NCBI GenBank assembly: GCA_010909165.1
Contig: MU008162.1
Location: 806,001 to 870,000, forward strand
DNA from: Anthoceros angustus
Taxonomy: Eukaryota; Plantae; Anthocerotophyta
DNA length: 64,000 nucleotides
Direction of reading: 5' to 3'
Shown here one piece after another: positions 24,626 through 37,069 of this stretch. Position numbers and translations under genes: made by a program. Under the pieces are notes generated by a model. That model worked only from the letters and a program-made list of their open reading frames with translations, had not been told where the DNA came from and did no database searches. The number at the start of each line of letters is the position of its first letter. Position 1 is the first letter of the stretch.

Positions 24626-25264
24626 AGTAACACCCCTTTTCAGCGAGGTGGGGCACGCGATTAGCGACAAAAACATCACGGACACCGACTAGGCCTCCAA
24701 GTAGCCGCCGTCCTTCCACGGACGACTCGATCACATCTGCGCTATTTATTCCGAAGAGTCAACAAGAATACATGAGAGATCGGAGAGCTCCCCATCTTTG
24801 CCTAAGCTAGGAGCTTAGCTCTCTCCCTCGATCTCCTCCTCAACAGCCTCCTCTAGCACGCTCACTCTAGGCTCCAAAGCCTCTAGGCACCAAAGTCCTA
24901 TCCTCACAAGAGTGTAGCTCCCAAGTGCTAGGATCCTTCTAGACATGCTCACTCTAGGCTCCCAAGGCCTCTAGGCTCCAAAGTCCTATCCTCAAAGTGT
25001 AGCTCCCCATGCTAGGATCCTCATGCTCACACTCTAGGCTCCCAAGGCCTTTAGGCTCCAAAGTCCTATCCTCAAGAGTGTAGCTCCCCATGCTAGGATC
25101 ACAAGATATCTCTAGGGCTAGCCTCATCTCCTTATATAGGGAGGCTTACATCATTTCAAAGCGCTAAGCGGACTTTCTTCCTTAAGCCCTAAGCTAAGTC
25201 TTACCACCACTACTTACAACTTACTAACTAGATCCATGCATGCTTCTCATGCAAGGCTGTTACT
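24626..25264 (-). repeat. LTR 2 (shared middle LTR), three internal units
   Basis: PBS complement GCTCGATACCA at 24613-24623, a 2-nt spacer, then AGTAAC at 24626. GTTACT ends at 25264 and is followed by TTCCCC. Confidence 0.93.
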
Positions 25265-28200
25265 TTCCCCATCGAAAAGAATCACATCCTCGTGATAGCC
25301 AACGATCGAGAGATCATCCAGATCCTTTACGAATATCCTCTAACGTTACCCAAAGCTGGATCGAGATCCCACGCAACTTTACCATATCGTACGATTCCAC
25401 GTTTTGTAGCACGCTACTCTCGCAAGGAATTCCTCAATTTCCGATCCTTGATTATCTTTGCACGAGAACACTGTACTTCTTCTTGTCCATGTCTTCTTTC
25501 TCTTTGCACCACAAATGGTTTCGAGTGATACATGAAACACATTGTGTGCAAAAATCCATTCAGTATTTGTAAGCCACTTCTCCAATGCGCTTCAAGACTA
25601 CAAATGGACCACCATATCTTGGCCTTAACTTAAGAGTTAATCCTTGAGGTAATGGGAAATGCTTCAATTTCACCCATACTTTATCCCCAATGTTGAAGAG
25701 TTTCTCCTGCTCGGCATATTTCTTCGGCGTGCTTGAGCCTTGGCTAAAATTCCTTTGGCAATCTCATGCCTAGCCTTCAATTCAATGAATCGGCGTGGAT
25801 CTCTAGTGGTAGTATCGAAAACTTCAGCATTTAGCATGGATACCACGTCCGGTCTGAATTCCTCCCATCTCAAAAGGACTACATCCAAGAGAGTATGCGG
25901 TGTTGTTATAACAAAATTGCATCGATGATGATCCAATCCCTCGATCAATCGCACATAATGCCTTAAGTATTCTTCTTGGATTCGGTTGACTCGCTCAGTT
26001 GAGCCATCAGTATCCGGGTGGAAAGCTGTGCTCATACATAATTCCACATTCAAGCATTTCATCAAATGCTGCCAAAATTCTGCTGTGAACCTTGGATCCC
26101 TGTCACTCACAATTTGCATAGGTAAGCCATGGTACTTGTATATATACTTCTTAAATAAGCTGGCTACCTCAGAAGCTGTCACTCGCTTCTTTGTAGGGAT
26201 GAAATGTGCTTGTTTGCTGAATCTATCCACCTCATGATCAACAACCATTCGGGTGGCAAAGGCATGATAAAATCCATAGAGATACTCTTCCAAGGTCCAC
26301 TTGGAATAGGTAGCAAACCTCTTGGTTTAGCTTGCTCCACCTTATCTTCTTAAGACATGCCTTGACATAATCCACGTATCTTGATACATTCCGGCCAAGA
26401 AAAAGCCTTCCTTAGCTTCTCATAAGTGGGGTCAATTCCACGGTGACACACTTGGCACATCATGACATTCAGCAAGCAATTTGCTCTTCAACTCAAGAAT
26501 TTGGGATCACAATCCTCCTCTTGTATATCAACAAACCATCCCTCAATTTGAACTTGCTTCCTTTCGCTCTATTCCATTAATCCATCGAACATCCGGATCC
26601 TAAGATATGCTTCCTTGATCTGCTTTTGAGTGTCCATAGGTTCAACCAGATTGCCATTGCCTTTACTTCCGACTCTTTTTGCTCAATCCGCAACCTTATT
26701 CTCTTTTCCAGGTTTATACTTGAGAGTCACATCATACATAGCTAGGAAATCTTGCCATCTAGCTTGTCTTGCATTCAACTTCAACTGGTTAGAGAAGTAT
26801 GTTGTGCTGATATTATCAGTATAGAGCACAAAAGATCTGCCCAAGAGATAGTGTCTCCATACCTTCAGACAATGAATGACAGCAGTCATTTCCTTCTCAT
26901 AGGTGGGATACTTCAACTCATACGGATGCAATTTCCTTGACTCAAAAGCTATCGGCTTATGGTCTTGCATCAACACTCCACCTATGGCCACGTCGAGGCA
27001 TCAGACACTTCCACATCCTTCTTGGGATCATACATTCCTAAAACCGAGTTGTACTCAATTTCATCTTCAAGTATTCAAATGCTGCTTGACATTCAGCATC
27101 CCACTTCCAAGCTTTCGTCATCTTTAAGAGGTCAGTTATGGGGGCTGCTATCTTAGCAAACATCTGTACAAATCTCCTGTACACGTAAGCCAAACCCATA
27201 AAACTGCGAACCTCATGAATGTTCCTAGGAGGTTGCCAATCTTGAATGGCCCTCACCTTATCAGGATCCATTCTGATGCCATCAGCAGAGACAATAAAGC
27301 CTAAGAAAGCTACCTCTGTCTTGGACACACACTTAATTGCCAAGAACAAAGAATTCTCTCTTAGCTTGTAACACTTCTCTTAAGTGTTCAGCATGTTCCT
27401 CCAAGGTATGGCTAAAGATCAATATGTCATCCAGATATATTACAACACACTTGTCTACCAGATCTATGAATATAGTATTCATAAGTGTAAAATGTGGCGT
27501 GCATTAGTAAGTCCAAATGGCATGACCGAAATTCAAAAGCCCCATACGGTCCTACAATTTTGTACTCATGTCCCTCTGCGATTCGATCGATAGTACCCGC
27601 CATCGATCTAGCTTGGTGAAATACTTGGCACCCTTCAACCTCAAACATATCATCCATTCTTGGCAAAGGATATGCATTCTTCGTAATTTGATTCGAGCTC
27701 GTAATCTAAACACATCCTTAGTCCTCCATTCTTCTTGCGTAAACAATACACGCGCAAAGGAGACTTAGAGACTCGATATATCCCTTTGCCAGTTGGATAG
27801 TTGTGTCGAGTTCCCGTAGCTCATCCTGCGACAATCTATATGGTGCTCTCGACGAGGCGTACTCCACAGCCTCAATTCAATCTCATGATCTACTACTCTA
27901 TGAGGCGGTAAAGGTGGCAATTCATCGTGCATCAAATCCTTAAAGTCATCCAAGACACTGTAATTCCTTGGGATGTCTTTCTCTTGATTCTTCCTCAAGA
28001 CCATCCTCTAATCCACGGAGCATAACTAGATAAAGCTCCTTCTTCTCTTATGTCACCTTGAGCTCTCTTTTGAAATCAAGCATCGAGCACATCTCAAGCT
28101 TACTAAGATTAGCACAAACCACCTTGTGCTTTCCATTCTTCAATATCTCAATGGTGCGGGACTTCACATCTACACGCACTTCATTGGATTTCATCCACTC

Positions 28201-29650
28201 TAGACCCAAGATAACATCATGGTCATCCATGTCTACAATGTGAAACTCATGTATCCTTCCCACGCTTCTATTTGCAGCTTTACTCCATGCAATTCACCCA
28301 AGAAAAGCGAGTTCCTTTAGCTTGCTTGATTCCATATGGCGGAAGTACTAGCCCATTCTAGCCCAAGCTCTTTCGCCTTGAGTTATAAAATTGTGGGTGG
28401 CGAGTCCAACAATAACTCTACTTCTAAGCCATTCATCTTTCCACATATGTACATAAGGGCTCCACCTTCCTCAAAATAGTGTCATCCTTGACACTAGATG
28501 ACTCACCACATCTTCACCACAACATGTGGCCATGGCGTCATTTGGGCTCTGCGGCTCAGAATCCTAAGTCCGGAGCTTGAGGATTGGCTATCACATTCTT
28601 GGGAATTCCCGACATGCGGACAATCTTTCAAAATGTCCTTGCTCCCACAAGCACGCACAAATTGAGGGCTGTCGTCCTTTGGCTTCCACGACCTCTATTG
28701 GCTCCTCTTCCTCTTCCTCTCCTCCAACATTATCATTTGTTCCAATATGCCCTGTTGGTGGCTCTTCCTCTCCTCGTGATCTTCCTTGAAAAGATCTTGG
28801 ATACCTTCCTCGAAAGACACCGGTGCTTCCTCGGCACGACTTGTGTCGGTATCGCATCCGCAGCCATAATAGCCTCTCGCGAGTTTGAGGTTTGTCATCG
28901 ATTCTATCCAGGCCCACCTTTGAGTCCACTATAAAACCTGGAGCTTATCCACCTCACATATCGTGGCATTGTAACACACATGCTAAATTCACTCACATCT
29001 TCGCAACATTCGTATGCTTCACATTCTCTAGCATCCTTCTTGCCAAGATAGATGCATTAGTTGGTGGAATTGAAGTTGCGGTGCATCTTTGAATTACGCC
29101 GGTGGAAATAGTTTCCACTCTATTACCTGTTCAATACTCGAACATAAGTTCTCCACCAAGTAAGAGCGTACCCTTCTAAGAAGTTAACGATGTGATCTAG
29201 ATACTCTTCCTGCGGAATCCTGCGACAGTATCCTTCCAATGAAAAACCACGAATTGATTTTCTCCACATCTCGTTCACCCTTATACCTATCTGGGACTTA
29301 GCCTCAACTTCTTGGGTCTCCTTGCTCTACTCCTTTCTGGGCCAGCTCCAATTCGTCTGTTCATCATCCTTCTCTTCATCGAGCTTCCTTTTCCTTGTAC
29401 TTGTTGCTCTAGAGCTTCCATTCTCCTCAAAAGATTTTGAAGCTCCTCTTGCGGCATGGTGACGGTCTTGAGCCCAGAGGTATCTGCCTCTGCCGTTCTA
29501 GGAGTTAGTGGCTCCATCTGAGGCTCATCCACTGTGGTCTCCACCATAGGAGCCTTCTCTTTCTTTCGCCGTATTCTCTCTGCTCTGCCTGGCTCTCTAG
29601 GATCGGCCATCTCCAGCTAGCGTCCTAGCTAAAAGATGCTTCAACCTTGA

Positions 29651-29662
29651 GCTCTGATACCA
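29651..29662 (-). other. Primer-binding site for initiator tRNA-Met (TGGTATCAGAGC)
   Basis: Plus strand GCTCTGATACCA, 2 nt from the LTR edge. Confidence 0.93.
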
Positions 29663-29664
29663 CA

Positions 29665-30309
29665 AGTAACACCCCTTTTCGTGGTGGGGCGATCACGCGA
29701 TTAGCGACAAAACATCACAGACACCGACTAGGCCTCCAAGTAGCCCGTCCTTCCACGGACGACTCATGATCGCCACATTTGCTATTTATTCCAAAGAGTC
29801 AACAAGAATACATGAGAGATCGGAGAGCTCCCCATCTTTGCCTAAGCTAGGAGCTTAGCTCTCTCCCTCGATCTCCTCCTCAGCCTCTCCTCTAGCACGC
29901 TCACACTCTAGGCTCCCAAGCCTCTAGGCACCAAAGTCCTATCCTCACAAGAGTGTAGCTCCCAAGTGCTAGGATCCTTCTAGACATGCTCACACTCTAG
30001 GCTCCCAAGGCCTTTGGGCTCCAAAGTCCTATCCTCAAAAGTGTAGCTCCCAAGTGCTAGGATCCTTCTAGACATGCTCACTCTAGGCTCCCAAGGCCTT
30101 TAGGCTCCAAAGTCCTATCCTCAAGAGTGTAGCTCCCCATGCTAGGATCACAAGATATCTCTAGGGCTAGCCTCATCTCCTTATTTATATAGGGAGGCTT
30201 ACATCATTTTCAAAATGCGCTAAGCGACTTTCTTCCTTAAGCCCTAAGCTAAGTCTTACCACCACTACTTACAACTTACTAACGGATCCAGGCTGCATGC
30301 TTCTCATGC
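29665..30309 (-). repeat. LTR 3 (5' LTR), outer ~12 bp missing
   Basis: AGTAAC at 29665. Ends ...CTTCTCATGC, without the AAGGCTGTTACT seen in LTR2. Confidence 0.9.
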
Positions 30310-30719
30310 GATCTCCGGCGTCTGGGCCCATCGCTTCCTTAGGCGGGGCAGTGCAGGCATGTGGCACATGCTCGCCAACGGATCGATCACGGGGGCTAGT
30401 TCCCCTTGGCCTGGTGCATTCCAAAGGGTTGTTCTCCTTCGTCTCGGGATGGATGGAAAATTTCATCTCCTTTTCTTACATAAAGTCTCTTTTTTTTTAA
30501 AATAGCATATGGGGATAGAAGATGTATCTCCTCATTTTCGAACTCATTGTGGTTTTGATGGCATGGATCTTTTTTTAATATTTTATTTGGTTCGTCTTTT
30601 ACCTCATGGTTGGATGGTGGTGTGATGAGTAATGATGAATTGTTATTATTTCTTCGATGCTTTCCTTAGTTGGAGCTTACTTCTTTCATTGAGATGTTGA
30701 GCAACATTTGTCAAGGAGA

Positions 30720-30998
30720 TTTTGGTGAAAGTTCCCTTACCAAAACACAACTTGGAGTTCATTACACATGCATGCTTGGCATCTTATGGGTCAAGAACAA
30801 TTGAATGCACAATGGAGGAAGGAGTACAAGATGGCCTACCCAACATTTGAGCTTTTGGTGGAAGAGTTATGGCCTTACATCCAAAAGAAGTCCAATAGGT
30901 CACCTCTACAACTTGAGCTTGGAGTTACCTTGGTCGTGCACAAGTTATCTTATGGAGCATCTCCTAAAGTTATTATCGCTAACAAATATGGAGAATGA
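30720..30998 (+). mobile_element. PIF/Harbinger transposase N-terminal fragment
   Basis: QWRKEYKMAYPTFELLVEELWPYIQKK..LELGVTLVVHKLSYGAS..ANKYG matches the HTH-proximal Harbinger pattern (W..F.M...F..L...L.P.I). Confidence 0.7.
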
Positions 30999-31428
30999 TC
31001 ATCTTGTACGGATACTCACTGACTCGGAGAGGGTTGTGCCTGCACCAGCTGAATGGATTCCCTTGATTCGGCCGGATGCATGAGGAGCTAGGGCACTTTG
31101 GAGTGAAGTGGACCTACAGCCTGCTGACCCCTCATTTTCATTGGCAGGGGATGTACTCGCAGGTCAGGGACTTCGTAGCCCGGTGTGCAAGGTGTGATCA
31201 AGTAAGGGCCACCTTCTCCAGCCATGGTACATCAAAGCAGTTGCACCCGTTGCCCATCCAGGGACTGTTCTATAGATGGTCGTGTGACTTGGCAGGGAAG
31301 CTCCCACGTACACAAAGAGGCAACGTTTACATTATGGTGATGGTCGAGCATTTTAGCAAATGGTTGGAACTGGTGGCCTTGCCAGACAAAACCAGCAGGA
31401 GCACTAGCCAGGCATTTGGACTGGGCTG
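30995..31428 (+). mobile_element. Gypsy integrase fragment related to the DNMT-carrying element
   Basis: HEELGHFGVKWTYSLL..CARCDQVRATF..LFYRWSCDLAGKLPRTQRGNVYIMVMVEHFSKW. It shares the EHFSKW signature with the integrase at 3880-4690. Confidence 0.9.
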
Positions 31429-32949
31429 CGATGGCTTTAGGGCTATAACTCCTTTCACCATCTCCTGAACGTGTATTCTCAACTGATGCCTTTTTGTCAC
31501 ATTCAGCTATAGTACCAAACGTGATATTCCACTCACCACTGTTGCCGAAGTAGTTCCGCAATCTCCTCTCCCGTCCTCGCTCCCCGGTCATGTGACCGCC
31601 ATGTGATCCGCTTGGAGGAGAAGGCATGGGGACGCACGCCAGTGACTAATTGAAGCTAATGAGAGTCCTTTAAGAATAAGGCAGGTGGCAACCGCAAATG
31701 AGGAGAGGGATACCAGTACCAAGGTAAAACTTGTGAGCTATGTCCTACACGTGGTGCAGGACGTAGACGTTCGCATCCTTGGTTTGGGCCGTCCAAACCG
31801 ACCACAATTTCTGGAAAACTGATCGCCCAATTGAAACTGTGATCTCATTTTGATGAAATTGATGAAGAGAATTGTGAATCATGGTTTTGGGACAAGATTT
31901 GTGAAGTGTAGGGTGATGAAGCTCTGTAGTAAGCGAGACTGCTGTTTATTGTTTTCGGAGGAGAGTTGGATTCATCAGCTACTAAATCCGCACGGGTTGG
32001 TGATCATTATATAATGTCTTATTTGGAGCTTCTACAACAAATATGATAGCTCATAAATTTTTTTTTCTAATGGTATTTTTGTTAGTGAGCTGTGCGACAA
32101 ACATGAACATCTAAGGGGTAGTACGGAGAGATGCCTGGAAAATTCTGGAGGAAGAGTATTCTCAATGTGAGATGGCAAGTTAAGAAGCGTGCATTCTCGT
32201 GGGGCAGGATAATTGTACAGTGGAGGGATTTGCGAAAGGCTTTCAAGAACAGGAGCCGCAAAATCAATCTAGATCTCACTCAATAACTGTGAATGCCTTG
32301 CTGTTTGTCGCAATATAAGAGCTTCACTGCAATAAGGCTATTGCGATTGAGTCATAAAGGTCAGAAGTCTTGGAACTCATCCGCAAACTATTCTACAAAA
32401 TACTCAATCTGTTCCATATATATAAGGTACTTATGATTGTATTGACATTAATGGTGATTATGTTAACAGACTGGACCTCTTATATGCTCGCAACAACATG
32501 GTTGTCCCTCATGTGATTGTGTTGACAGTCAGGAGGCGATCTAGCATTGCATCGATGAACTTGCTGTAAGCCATACCACACTTTATGTAGAGGATATTCG
32601 TACCAATGTTGTTGATCCATAGCCATGATTGCCTTGCTAATTTTGTAATGTTGTTTTTATTTTTCTCTTTTTGATATTATCGCGCAGTGCTGTTGGTTGA
32701 TCTTGGTAGAGGCTATTGGTCTTTATCCATTTGAGGTACTTGTATGTTGAGCTTGGCATTTTTTTTGTTTCCAGGCTGTTATGCTTCGAGTGTCAACCAT
32801 AACAGCCTGGGAAACAGAAAAGGTTGGCACTCCGTGCTTGGCCAAGTGGATGTTATTTTTTTACAGTATCTAATCCTCATTTTCATGCACGTGTATGTGA
32901 ATTCTTGATATTTTTCCTTCTCATCATAACCTATTGTTTAATTCAATAA

Positions 32950-33630
32950 TGAAATATGACTCTTCAAGCTTGAAAAGAAATAAGGTCTCCGATTAGAAAT
33001 TTTGAGAGAGGACAACTTGATGAAAACAAACAGACGATGATGAGGAGCAAGTGCGAGACCACCACCAGGATGAGAAGCCCTAGATATGTAGAATCAACAC
33101 AAAGTGCCAACAACACTACGACTAAGTGTGGGTGCACTTGTACTGCGTAGTCTTAAAGCTTGCAATGATCACAGACTTTGGCCAGGTTTCTTTCGCAATG
33201 CGAAACAAGTTTTGCATCACATATATAGTACATACTCTTTCGCAATGCGAAACAAGTTTTGCATCACGTATATAGTACATACTCTTGTACCAGGTAGTTT
33301 ACAAGTTGGGTGTTGTGTAAATTTTCTCGAGAGACTCATCAAGCTGGGGTCATCCACTTCGAGAAGTCTTGATGGCTAGACGTTGTCCTAATAGCGATGA
33401 CAAATTCGCTGGGGTCATCCACTTCGAGAAGTCTTGATGGCTAGATGTTGTCCTAACAGCGATGACAAATTCGCTGTCCAGCTCCTGCGTCTAGCCCGGT
33501 TCAAGTACATGTGAGACACTACCTCTGCTCAACACTCATCCATCCTCACATGGGAGTCCATACTGCACCAGCATCTCCCCACCCTCAGGCAAAGGACGTA
33601 CACATACATGCTTTGCCACCTCAGTTCTAC
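32950..33630 (-). pseudogene. Degenerate purple acid phosphatase copy with internal 47-bp and 65-bp tandem duplications
   Basis: Clear nucleotide similarity to 34430-34530 and 35090-35540. Duplications at 33190-33283 and 33343-33472. Confidence 0.8.
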
Positions 33631-34013
33631 CCGAATTTCCTAACGAATGAATTAGATTTGGGGTCTAGAATGCAACATTGCAATCGTATCTCTGCCCATG
33701 GTGGTCCTTCCACCCCAAATTGCAAGTTGTAATGTAGTCCTATTCCTATCTTACGTTTTCTGAAACGGGAAAAATGATCTTTGTAGGGTTGGACCGCTGA
33801 ACTATTCGCTCGACTTTGTAGTCCAGCGGTTAGGTTAATTGCTCTCCAAGCAGCTGACTCGGGATCGGCTTCCGGCACACGCATGGCGCCCACCTAAGTT
33901 GCCGCATATGTACTTTGTTTTTACTTGTACTTGGAAATACGTATGTGCGTGAGATGCTCGGCGGCAGTGAGGTAGACTGTGGAGAGAATCTGACATCTGA
34001 ATGGCTTGACGTC

Positions 34014-35762
34014 TCATTTCTTCAAGTCTAAGGTGTACAGAATGTTGCCGAACGCGTCATGATACACAACGTGGCACACATTCGGTGCCATAGACACGGA
34101 GATGAAGCCTTGGCCATCAAAAGCGAAGGCAACCCCATTGACCTCGTTAGGTCCATCGATCCCTGCATAAGCCTTGGAGCCGCCTCCTGAGGTGATGAAA
34201 TGGACAGGGCTGCAGCAAACAGAACCCAGTGGCTTGTTAAATCCTCCAACGGATGGATTTCAGAGAGGCAGTTGAACGGAGATGAGAGCTGGAATTTGGA
34301 TTCAGATGAACTTCAATTTCCCTGACCTGTCTACTCGTTTGATGTGCTGAAGCGTGTGGTCGTGGCCATTGATGTACGCGTCAACTCTGTTTGCCTGCTC
34401 GTCGTGACCCGTTGATTAGTTCGACCATGAACTGTAAATTCTTCAAGCTTGAAATGAAAGAAGAGAGGGCAACTTGATGAAGGCAAACAAATGATGAGGA
34501 GGATGTGTGACGTCACCTCCAGGATGGGAAGCACTTGATCTATGAGCTCTCGGGTGTCCCCGTGCACCCCCACGCTACGAATTGGGTGATGCCCAAAGAC
34601 GAATTTCCATGCAGCCGAAGAGCTTTTCAGGGCTCGGTCCAAATCCTGTTCACAACGGACATCACGTCAAGAGCTTGTCCTAAATGGTGGCATTGCAAAG
34701 CCTCAGACGAAGCACACCCAGGCACACATGTTGGAATACTTAAAAACCTGCAGTTGCTTCTTCAATTGTTGGTCTCGAGGCAACAACCCTCTCCAATCGT
34801 ACGTGACATTGGGTGCAGGCGCCCAGTTCTCGTCCACGAAAGGGTTGGTGTCAATGAAAAACATCTCAACAACGGTGTCGCACACACCTGTAATTGAAGA
34901 AGCCAGCTATCAGAGACTGGTCTGGCAATGACCAGGAGCGTAGGGGAGGGTCTCTCACCCTCAGCAGTGGCCGGATGAGCACACAGAGAGCGCTGCAGCT
35001 GATACTCTCGCTTGCAAAACCAGCGTGGATCACGCTTCACCAGACCTTCGTCCAGCTGGGCAAGGGTGTCTCCGCGGTAGTCATGGTTTCCTAAAACTGC
35101 AACCCACGCAGAATCAACACAAAGAGGCAACAACACCACACATGCACTTGGCAGTGCATAGTCCTGAAGCTTGGATGACCACGGATTCTGGCCAAGATGC
35201 ACTCGCAATCCAAAAACCGGGTTTGCATCATACATGCAGGACGCACTTGTGTACCACGTGGTTTGCAAGCTGGGTGCCGTGTAAATGTTCTTGAAAGACT
35301 CATCAAACTGGGGGTCATCCACTCCCTGAAGTCCTGACGGGTAGAAATTGTCCCCAACAGAGATGACAAATTCGCTGTCCAGCTCCTGCCCAACCCTGCC
35401 CATCTGAAACAATGTCCCCACCCAGCCCAGTACAAGTACATGTGAGACACTGCCTTTGCTCTACACCAGCCCATCCTCAAATGACACCATACTGCACCAG
35501 CATCTGCCCACCCCCAGGCTAACAGACGTACACATACCTGCTTTGCAACCTCAGTCTGGTTATATTCTCCTTGCCGTCCCCAGTCACCAAACACCAGAAA
35601 GTTCAGAGGATACAGAGGAGCATGCTCTAACTGCGAGATGCTGCTGCCGTCTGCTGCAGCAGCCAGCCAGGATGCCACACACACCAACCCCAAGCCCGCC
35701 AGCAGCGCCACCATCAACGTCAGGGCCCACACCCATCTCCACGGGCTCTGCGACAGCCGCAC
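34014..35762 (-). CDS. Purple acid phosphatase, low-MW PAP3/8/17-like (copy 1; multi-exon, start approximate)
   Basis: All five metal-binding blocks: GDWG, GDNFY, GNHDY, FGHH, GHDH. Ends ILYTLDLKK-stop at 34014-34016. Confidence 0.92.
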
Positions 35763-36179
35763 CCGTTAGTACATGGAGTTCAAGCATGCAACACATACCT
35801 CCCGATCCCCCTTCCAACAGCTTGCAACATTTTAAGCAAAACGCACAGAGAAGGGCACCGGATGGGGAGAAGCGGACAGGAGCCCAGTCTCTTCATCTGG
35901 GATCGCCCTGGCCGACCACACGGGGTCCATGTCTTGACAATCCGGACAAGCTGATACGCAGGGAGACTCACATCTGTCGTGCAACAATACACTGGGGTAT
36001 CGGATGGTCTGGTACTAATGCCCAAGGATGATGATGTCATCAAAAACAAGGAGTACAATGCAATGCAGCCTGCAGCCCAAGAGCGGGGCCCGGCTATTGC
36101 ATTTTAAGTGCATGGCTGTGGATATAGCTGTAGGGTGGACCATACATGGGACTCCGAGATGAAGAAAGAGGCTTTGGAG

Positions 36180-36437
36180 GGATATTCAGAACGGGGCCGC
36201 TGTTTCCCGGTTTTGCCGCTGCCTCGATCATCGAGCCAGATAAGGGGCAGGGACGAGAAGGGTTTGAGCAAACGGAACCCTTATTTAGCATTCCAGGTCC
36301 AAGCTCCTTCCACATCATCGCCAATGGCCGTCGCCATGGCGCAGAATGTGTGGCCAAGTTGCCACATGCAGCCAAGTTGCCACATGCCATGGCATTCTGG
36401 CCGCGACTTTCGCTGCCCTGGGAACATTGGAATATCC
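36180..36437. promoter_or_regulatory. Two P1BS (GNATATNC) sites upstream of PAP copy 1
   Basis: GGATATTC at 36180-36187 and GAATATCC at 36430-36437. Confidence 0.6.
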
Positions 36438-36750
36438 ACCTCAATTTCCGTTACGGCGGAGCTTGTGGAACCCGGCGGAAGCGCCACACATGCTCTCCAG
36501 TCCCAGCCATCGCCTTTCTTTCCATGTATAGGGGCATCAATGGCCATCCGACATCGATCTGCATGCCTGCAAAGGTACATGGAGGCGATAACTTTCACAT
36601 CTATCGATACCCTGCAGTACACAAAAATTACGGGATGTGTGCATAGTCGATAACGATGCCATCCACAGCAAGTCTACCGAAGAATACATCCAGCGCTTGA
36701 TTGAGCATGATCTAGTTATTAGGTGAGCTTGGTGGGAGTGCTAACCTAGG

Positions 36751-37010
36751 CTAAGCATGATGCCTGGACAGATCGCGCAACGCAGCGTGGGGAAGCTTTG
36801 CGGAATTCATGAAAACGGACACCAGGCTTCCCTGCACGGAACATCCTGTGGGGCCTGGAGGAAGCCTTCGCTGGCCCCGCCCCGGACTCAGCACCCTCCT
36901 GATGTACACAAGAGCCAATATTAATGCCATGGCCAAGGCCGAGAGCTCCAAGATGAGCCCCATCACCACTGGATTACTGCCCAAGATTTTGCCCTTCCAA
37001 CTTCACCTGT
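36751..37010 (-). pseudogene. Second cytochrome P450 5' fragment, paralogous to 19224-19529
   Basis: RRLPPGPTGCSVQGSLVSVFMNSAKLPHAALRDLSR, then an abrupt loss of homology at ~36761. Confidence 0.85.
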
Positions 37011-37069
37011 TGTTGCCACCCAGTGTCGATTCTGCAAATCAAGTGCCTCTTATCACACACATGCTCCTC

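Larger units (their letters stand above)
19696..30309 (-). mobile_element. Tandem Ty3/Gypsy chromovirus: LTR-internal-LTR-internal-LTR
   Basis: Two ~4.4-kb internal regions with gag, PR (DHDVILGLEW), RT ([10 protein letters not shown] at ~27420-27450), RNase H (AIGGVLMQDHKPIAFESRKL), INT (DRFSKQAHF, IVSDRDPRF) and a chromodomain-like end (EIEEFL..VKLRG..LWVTLEDI). Met-PBS and PPT are present. Confidence 0.96.
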
